Assembly (NCBI GenBank): GCA_963655255.1
Contig: CAVKEB010000007.1
Location: 13,026 to 77,025, forward strand
DNA: 64,000 nt
From: a bacterium
GTDB lineage: Bacteria; Bacillota; Clostridia; Lachnospirales; Lachnospiraceae
Direction: 5' to 3'
Part shown: in pieces, positions 58,352-64,000 of the stretch
Position numbering within the stretch: position 1 is the stretch's first letter
Layout of the letters: every line of letters begins with the position of its first letter
Position numbers and translations under genes: made by a program
Notes under the pieces: model-generated
The model's input: the letters and a program-made list of their open reading frames with translations, nothing else
Told to the model about the DNA's origin: nothing
Database searches by the model: none

Positions 58352-58394
58352 AGCTTCCTTTCCTGCCGCAGCCCGTCTGCAGCAACACGCAAAA

Positions 58395-58417
58395 GATTTC
58401 GCGAAGACGAATTCTCT
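58395..58417 (-). repeat. Modular palindromic repeat family, copy j (single hairpin remnant)
   Basis: GATTTCGCGAAGACGAATTCTCT matches the AATTTCGCGAAGGCGAATTCTCT module. Confidence 0.55.
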
Positions 58418-58779
58418 GATGTGCAGGCCGGTCACCACGCCGTGTCCGCCCTTTCTGCGTCCCCTCGCATTGCACCGCCTTGATATTCTTATTGTGTCAC
58501 ATCTGTCCTGCCTTTTCTATTCTTTTTCTTATTTAGTTTTATTTAATATCGCAGTCTTTTCGTTCTCTTTTCCGGCCAGAAGAAGCTTCTCCTCTGCTTT
58601 CTGTCCAGTAGTGCATGAATATTAAGTTTTTATGCGCTTAATTTAATTTATTTGTTTCTTTCACGCAGGAGGTACCGCTCCTCCGGATTGGTGTCCGGCC
58701 ATCCGTTTTACTCTTTTTCACCGTTCCTTCTGCGCAGAGCATACGGCAGCACAGCCGGATCCGGTTCTTCCCTTTTTCC

Positions 58780-60117
58780 CTACTCTGCTCCTTCCGCGTA
58801 TGAGATACAGTTATCCTGGAAGGTCTGCAGGGCGGCCATCAGATCGGCATCACTGGTTTTCGTGTTCAGCGTCTTCGTGTTGACATCATCCCCCAGCCCC
58901 GTTGCCAGGGTCCAGTAATCTCCTGGATACTGTCCCTGCGGCCTGTCGATCAGCATCTGTTCATTCAGGGCACACAGTGCTGCATCCGCCCGGACCTCCT
59001 CCGACTGCTGAGCCTTCCGGTTGGACGGCCCCCAGCCGATTGCCTTGTAGCGGGCAAGCTGAACCTCTTCCCCGGAAAGGTATGCCGCGAGCGCGTGGCA
59101 GACCTTTTCCTTCTCCTCATCCTCCTGCGGCTTCACGCCAATGAGCCGGTACCCGGAAAATCCGGACATCTGATACGTGTTCCCATCCGATCCCTGGAAC
59201 GAGGGAAGCTTTGCGCAGGCGTAATGGTCTCCCAGTGCCTCCCGGATGATTTCCGCATCCCAGGTTCCGTCCACAATGACGCCGATGTCCTCCGCATCTC
59301 CCGCCGCGGACCCGTTTACAAAGGAAGAAGAGCTCTTCAGGCGGATCATTTCCCGGAGTGCCGTCAGTCCCTTGCCGGAAGCGTAGTTCACCTCCGCTCC
59401 GGTGAAATTCCCGGCGTTGTCGGTCTCATAGGAGAGCTCGCACCCGGTCCCGAAAAAGAAGGCCGTCTGATACCAGCCGGAATTGATCTCCATATAGAAA
59501 TTCTTCCCCGCCTTCTCACAGTCATCGAGGATTGCATCCAGATCGGAAGGATCCGTGACCACGCTCTTGTCATAGTACATCAGATATCCGTTGTCAGAGG
59601 TCAGCGGGTAAGCATACAGCGTCGTCCCGACAGCTGCCGCCAGAACCGATCCCTCGTCATTGTCTGCCTGCACTGTCTCTGCGTACGCCGGCGCAGCCTC
59701 CGCAAGCGTCCCCGCTGCGGCGAGGCGTGCGAGCTGATCCTGCGCGAAGACGTAAACATCCGCGCCATCCCCATCACCTGCAGACATCCGGTCCGCCGCA
59801 TCGCTTTCACTGACTGCCTCTACGGTAAAAACGGTATTGGCAATCCCCGGATTCGCCTTCTGGAATTTCTCAATCTGCTCCATCGTGAAATTCACTGCAC
59901 TGTCCGCAGTCCACACCCGGATCTCTCCGTCATAACCAAGCTTTCCTTTCGCCGTCTCTTCTGACGACGCGGCGTCCTCCGCAGAGTCTCCTGCGGTTTC
60001 CGTCTCTTCTCCGGTATCTCCATCCCCGGCTGCGGGTGCCTTGGAAGTTCCGCATCCCGCAAGCACTGCAGATGCCAAAACACCCGCAATGAATATCGAA
60101 GCCATCCTTTTCTTCAT
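58780..60117 (-). CDS. Orphan sugar-binding lipoprotein (maltodextrin/cellodextrin-binding family)
   Basis: LAGC lipobox, ADVYVFAQDQ, YAYPLTSDNGYLMYYDKS; no adjacent permeases. Confidence 0.85.
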   Translation of the reverse strand: MKKRMASIFIAGVLASAVLAGCGTSKAPAAGDGDTGEETETAGDSAEDAASSEETAKGKLGYDGEIRVWTADSAVNFTMEQIEKFQKANPGIANTVFTVEAVSESDAADRMSAGDGDGADVYVFAQDQLARLAAAGTLAEAAPAYAETVQADNDEGSVLAAAVGTTLYAYPLTSDNGYLMYYDKSVVTDPSDLDAILDDCEKAGKNFYMEINSGWYQTAFFFGTGCELSYETDNAGNFTGAEVNYASGKGLTALREMIRLKSSSSFVNGSAAGDAEDIGVIVDGTWDAEIIREALGDHYACAKLPSFQGSDGNTYQMSGFSGYRLIGVKPQEDEEKEKVCHALAAYLSGEEVQLARYKAIGWGPSNRKAQQSEEVRADAALCALNEQMLIDRPQGQYPGDYWTLATGLGDDVNTKTLNTKTSDADLMAALQTFQDNCISYAEGAE

Positions 60118-60305
60118 ACTGTTCCTCCGAAATAATGCCGTCTTCTCCGACTCGTTCTGTTCTCTCCCCGGCTAAGCCGCCTGAGGTTTTCCCGCTTTTC
60201 GTTCGATATCAAAGCCGCAGACAGTGTAACATAAAATACAGAATCCGGTATCCGGTGCAGCCGACCGTTTTCATTTCAAAGGCGGCAGTTCTCAGAAGAT
60301 TCCGG

Positions 60306-60334
60306 TTGAGCGAGAACATATGTTCTGTTAGAAT
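60306..60334 (+). promoter_or_regulatory. SOS promoter with a Firmicute LexA box
   Basis: TTGAGC-17 nt-TAGAAT with the perfect palindrome AGAACATATGTTCT (60313-60326) in the spacer. Confidence 0.85.
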
Positions 60335-60454
60335 ACAAGAGAACTTGTTTGAATTCCCCACGGCAGGAACATCGTCTGCTCACTCCCTTTCCGGTCTGAT
60401 AGATTACAGGAGCCGCGGGAATGGAGGGAACGCACGGTTCCCGGAAAGCTGTCT

Positions 60455-61975
60455 ATGTCCTCCCGTACTTACATTGCCATTGATTTAAAATCTTTCTATG
60501 CCTCCGTGGAATGCATGGAGCACCGGCGCGATCCTCTGACCACGCACCTTGTCGTGGCAGATCCTTCCCGCACCGAGAAGACCATCTGCCTTGCGGTCTC
60601 ACCTTCTCTGAAGGCCTACGGTCTTCCCGGCCGCGTGCGCCTGTTCGAGGTTGTACAGAAGGTGCGCGAAATCAACGCCCAAAGGCTCCTGCATGCCCCC
60701 GGCCACCGCTTCCTCGGAAGCTCCGACGATGCAGACCTTCTTGCAAGAGATCCTTCTCTTTCTCTTTCCTATATCATCGCTCCGCCGCAGATGGCTCATT
60801 ACATGCAGATCAGCACGAAGATTTACCAGATCTACCTGCGCTACATCGCACCGGAGGATATCCACGTCTATTCCATTGATGAGGTCTTTCTGGATGCCAC
60901 CGCGTATCTTCGCACGTATCATCTTTCCGCGCGTGACCTTGCAGGGAAGATGATTCTGGATGTCCTGCGTGAGACCGGCATCACGGCAACCGCCGGCATC
61001 GGAACCAACCTGTATCTCGCCAAGGTGGCAATGGATGTAGAGGCAAAACACATCGCCCCGGATGAAAACGGCGTCCGCATCGCCGAGCTGGATGAGCTTT
61101 CCTACCGACGGAGTCTCTGGTCCCACCGTCCTCTCACGGATTTCTGGAGAGTGGGCCGCGGCTATGCGCGAAGGCTCGAAGAGGCCGGGCTTCACACGAT
61201 GGGAGACATCGCGCGCTGCTCGCTCGGCGGTCCTTCCGATTTCTATAATGAAGAACTTCTATACCGCATGTTCGGTGTCAATGCCGAACTTCTGATCGAC
61301 CATGCCTGGGGCTGGGAGCCCTGCACCATGGCAGATATCAAGGCGTACCACCCCGCCTCCCACAGCAGCGGATCCGGTCAGGTTCTCTCCTGTCCGTACC
61401 CCTCCGACAAGGCCCGGCTTATCGTTCGGGAAATGGCGGATCAGCTAGCCCTTGATCTTGCTGCACGTCACCAGGTCACGGACCAGATCGTTCTGACGGT
61501 CGGCTATGACGTCTCCTCGCTTACGGATCCGTCCATCCGGAAATCCTACCACGGGCCTGTCACCTCCGACCGCTACGGCAAACCTGTTCCGAAACCGGCC
61601 CACGGGACGGAACATCTGTCCTCCCTGACATCCTCCTCCCGCCGGATCCTGGATGCGGCGACGACTCTCTATGACAGGATCATCAATCCCTCTCTCCTGA
61701 TCCGCCGGCTGTATCTCACCGCAGGATCCGTGGTCCCGGAGAGTGCTGCTTCCGGTCCGGTCTTTCAGCAGATGGATCTTTTCACGGACTATGCCGCCAA
61801 AGAGGCTCGTGAAAAGGAAGTGAAGGAAATGGAGAAACGCGACCGGAGAATCCAGGACGCTCTGCTGTCCATCAAAGAGAAATACGGGAAAAATGCCGTC
61901 CTTCGCGGCATGAATCTCGAAGAGGGCGCCACCGCGCGAGAACGCAACGAACAGATCGGAGGACACAAGGCATGA
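60455..61975 (+). CDS. Y-family DNA polymerase (UmuC/ImpB/UvrX-like)
   Basis: IDLKSFYASVEC, YSIDEVF, GIGTNLYLAK, QMDLF clamp-binding motif. Confidence 0.93.
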   Translation: MSSRTYIAIDLKSFYASVECMEHRRDPLTTHLVVADPSRTEKTICLAVSPSLKAYGLPGRVRLFEVVQKVREINAQRLLHAPGHRFLGSSDDADLLARDPSLSLSYIIAPPQMAHYMQISTKIYQIYLRYIAPEDIHVYSIDEVFLDATAYLRTYHLSARDLAGKMILDVLRETGITATAGIGTNLYLAKVAMDVEAKHIAPDENGVRIAELDELSYRRSLWSHRPLTDFWRVGRGYARRLEEAGLHTMGDIARCSLGGPSDFYNEELLYRMFGVNAELLIDHAWGWEPCTMADIKAYHPASHSSGSGQVLSCPYPSDKARLIVREMADQLALDLAARHQVTDQIVLTVGYDVSSLTDPSIRKSYHGPVTSDRYGKPVPKPAHGTEHLSSLTSSSRRILDAATTLYDRIINPSLLIRRLYLTAGSVVPESAASGPVFQQMDLFTDYAAKEAREKEVKEMEKRDRRIQDALLSIKEKYGKNAVLRGMNLEEGATARERNEQIGGHKA

Positions 61976-62038
61976 ACACCAGCATGTTCTGCGCGGGCAG
62001 CCTGATCACGCCGGCTCCCCGGACAAGAGGATTTGTTT

Positions 62039-62470
62039 ATGAGCACTGATTCCTATGAGGATATCCTTCACCTTCCGCACCATGTATCGCATACGCATCC
62101 ACCCATGCCGAGGCAGGACCGCGCCGCACAGTTTGCTCCCTTTGCCGCGCTCTCCGGCTACGAGGACGCCATCCGTGAGGCCGCAAGACGCACGGTTCCC
62201 CGCATGGACCTGGAGGAAGACGAGAAAGAGGAACTGGACCGGACGTTCTCCCTTCTTGCCTCCCAGGTCCGGGCACGCGGCTTCTCACAGACCGTGCAGG
62301 TCACATTTTTCCTCCCGGACCAACGGAAAACCGGAGGAAACTATCTCGTCTCCTCCGGTATTGTCCGTAAAATTCATATGGATTCCCGCATTCTGGATCT
62401 GGAAGAGGCAGGCGGTACCGTCCGCACCATTCCTCTTGCCGACATCTGTCAGCTCGAACTCCTGTCGTGA
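62039..62470 (+). CDS. YolD-like protein
   Basis: YEDILHLPHHVS..HPPM..DRAAQFAPFAALSGY; directly follows the Y polymerase. Confidence 0.82.
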   Translation: MSTDSYEDILHLPHHVSHTHPPMPRQDRAAQFAPFAALSGYEDAIREAARRTVPRMDLEEDEKEELDRTFSLLASQVRARGFSQTVQVTFFLPDQRKTGGNYLVSSGIVRKIHMDSRILDLEEAGGTVRTIPLADICQLELLS

Positions 62471-62480
62471 GCTTCGTTCT

Positions 62481-63680
62481 TCATTCGATCTCCGAGTTTA
62501 CGATATTGCGGATTTCTCTCGTCAGCCGGTCCGTTCCGTGGTCCTTCTTGTTCATCATCAGGAGGAGTGTCTGTCCGGCCTCCGGATCATTATCGAAGTA
62601 CACGCCGAGCCAGCCGTCCCAGCCGTACTCTCCCTTGTGTCCGATGGTCACCGCCTGCGAAGGGTCCACCATGACACGGTTCAGATTGGCATAGGAATGT
62701 CCCGCAAGGCCGGACCAGGTGTCAAATCTTGCCTGCTGTCTTGCGTTCAGCCTTTCTGAGGACAGGAAGCGGACCGTTCCTGGCCGCAGGACCTGTCTGC
62801 CGCTCTCTGCCTTTCCATGGTTCATGAGCATGCCGGTGAATTTCCGGTAGTCATCCAGGGTCGAGAACAGTCCCGCTCCGCCGGATTCAAACGGATTCTC
62901 ACCGCCGTTGTTGCGGATTGCCAGGTGATTGCCTGTGTACGGAACAAGCTCCGCACCGGGCTCATCATTCCGGTTCCCGTATGCCGTAACGAGCCGGCTC
63001 TTCTTCTCTTCCGGGACATAGAAGGCTGTGTCCGTCATCCCTGCCGGATCCAGAATGCTCTCTTTCAGATATTCCCCGAAGGTCATGCCGGTGATCTTCT
63101 CGATTACGGCACCCAGAATATCCGCCGACACGCCATAGTTCCAGCTCGTTCCCGGTGCGAACAGAAGAGTGCACTCTCCGATTCTCTCCGCGAATTCCAT
63201 CGTTGTCATGGCATGGTCGGTTCCAAGACGAGCGATCGCGTCATCATAGATCACACCGGTTTCTCTCCCGGGCCTTGTCACCTCATCCGGATAAACGAGG
63301 CCTGACGTCATGTTCAGCAGATCACGGACCCGCATCGGGTTGTCCGCCGGTACCGGACGAAGCTGTCCGCCTTCTGTCATATAGTTTTGTCTGCGGTAGC
63401 TCTCCAGATACCGTGAAACCGGATCCTGCAGATCCACATAGCCATCCTCGACGAGTTTCAGAAAAGCGGCCGCCGTCACAGGCTTGGACATGGAATACAT
63501 GCGGTAAATGCTGTCCCGCGAAATCTTTTTCCCCTTTTCCTTATCGGCATAGCCGCTCTCCAGATAGAACTGTTCCTCTCCGTCACGCACCAGGCAGAAC
63601 GTGCATCCTGCCATTTCATTTCCGGCAACGGCGCGGTCCATGCATTTCTGCAGAACTTCCTTGATTTCTGTCACTGACAT
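62481..63680 (-). CDS. Serine hydrolase, beta-lactamase/family VIII esterase fold
   Basis: SMSK SxxK motif, LLNMTSG, WNYG, WDGWLG. Start at ATG 63680; the extension to 63872 is repeat sequence. Confidence 0.9.
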   Translation of the reverse strand: MSVTEIKEVLQKCMDRAVAGNEMAGCTFCLVRDGEEQFYLESGYADKEKGKKISRDSIYRMYSMSKPVTAAAFLKLVEDGYVDLQDPVSRYLESYRRQNYMTEGGQLRPVPADNPMRVRDLLNMTSGLVYPDEVTRPGRETGVIYDDAIARLGTDHAMTTMEFAERIGECTLLFAPGTSWNYGVSADILGAVIEKITGMTFGEYLKESILDPAGMTDTAFYVPEEKKSRLVTAYGNRNDEPGAELVPYTGNHLAIRNNGGENPFESGGAGLFSTLDDYRKFTGMLMNHGKAESGRQVLRPGTVRFLSSERLNARQQARFDTWSGLAGHSYANLNRVMVDPSQAVTIGHKGEYGWDGWLGVYFDNDPEAGQTLLLMMNKKDHGTDRLTREIRNIVNSEIE

Positions 63681-63682
63681 TC

Positions 63683-63945
63683 TTATACCTCCCTGAGGCA
63701 AAATCCGCGAAGGCGGTTTTGCCGAATGTGGCAGCCGGTGCATCAGCACCGATGCTGCAGTTTGAAAGCGACATATCGATGTCACTTTCAAACTTATCCC
63801 TCCCTGAAGCAAAATCCGAGATACCAGAGAGAATTTCTCGAAGGCGGATTCTCTCTGTATACAGAGTGCCACTTAGCGGTACTCTAAGCAAGAGAAGATG
63901 TCATCCGGCATCTTCAAATGCAGCGGTTTTGCCGAATGTGGCCGC
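63683..63945 (-). repeat. Modular palindromic repeat family, copy k (head-to-tail short + long unit)
   Basis: A 111-bp short unit (like copy b) followed directly by TTATCCCTCCCTGAAGCAAAATCCG and the long multibranch unit (like copies c and g). Confidence 0.95.
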
Positions 63946-64000
63946 CTGTACCATGTTTTCTTCGTCTTCCCGGTTCACATTTCTCTCTCCAAAACCCGCT

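Noticed and set aside
9093..63945. Palindromic repeats as a CRISPR array
   Set aside because: Copies are dispersed and modular, with no unique spacers at a regular period and no cas genes in the window.

Overview
A chromosome-like window from a Firmicute with moderately high GC; gene content suggests Lachnospiraceae/Clostridia. Genes are mostly on the minus strand. In order: the promoter-proximal part of an EPS/capsule operon, galK, a DegV protein and an RlmI-like methyltransferase; a carbohydrate-use tract (GH20, SSS-GH31-LacI, and an AT-richer GH127-LacI-ABC cassette) ending at tRNA-Pro(CGG); a lone Rep_3 plasmid-type initiator with a ~1 kb iteron-like field; MATE; a YesMN-type two-component system with ABC transporter and GH5; a vWA/MoxR pair; cstA; a KdpD/KdpE-like system; oleate hydratase; mntP under a yybP-ykoY riboswitch; an AGE epimerase; a LexA-boxed UmuC/YolD cassette; and a serine hydrolase. 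The most striking unexplained structure is a dispersed, modular, hairpin-rich repeat family with 11 loci in 64 kb. Its end (CCTCAGCGAGGTATAA) supplies the Shine-Dalgarno of unrelated genes, with the start codon at an almost invariant +18 nt. It sometimes adds an in-frame 33-37 codon leader. Also notable: two unannotated small membrane-protein ORFs preceded by identically spaced (11/21/11) direct-repeat boxes, one of them directly upstream of the KdpD/E-like system. All calls are by eye; no database searches were run.
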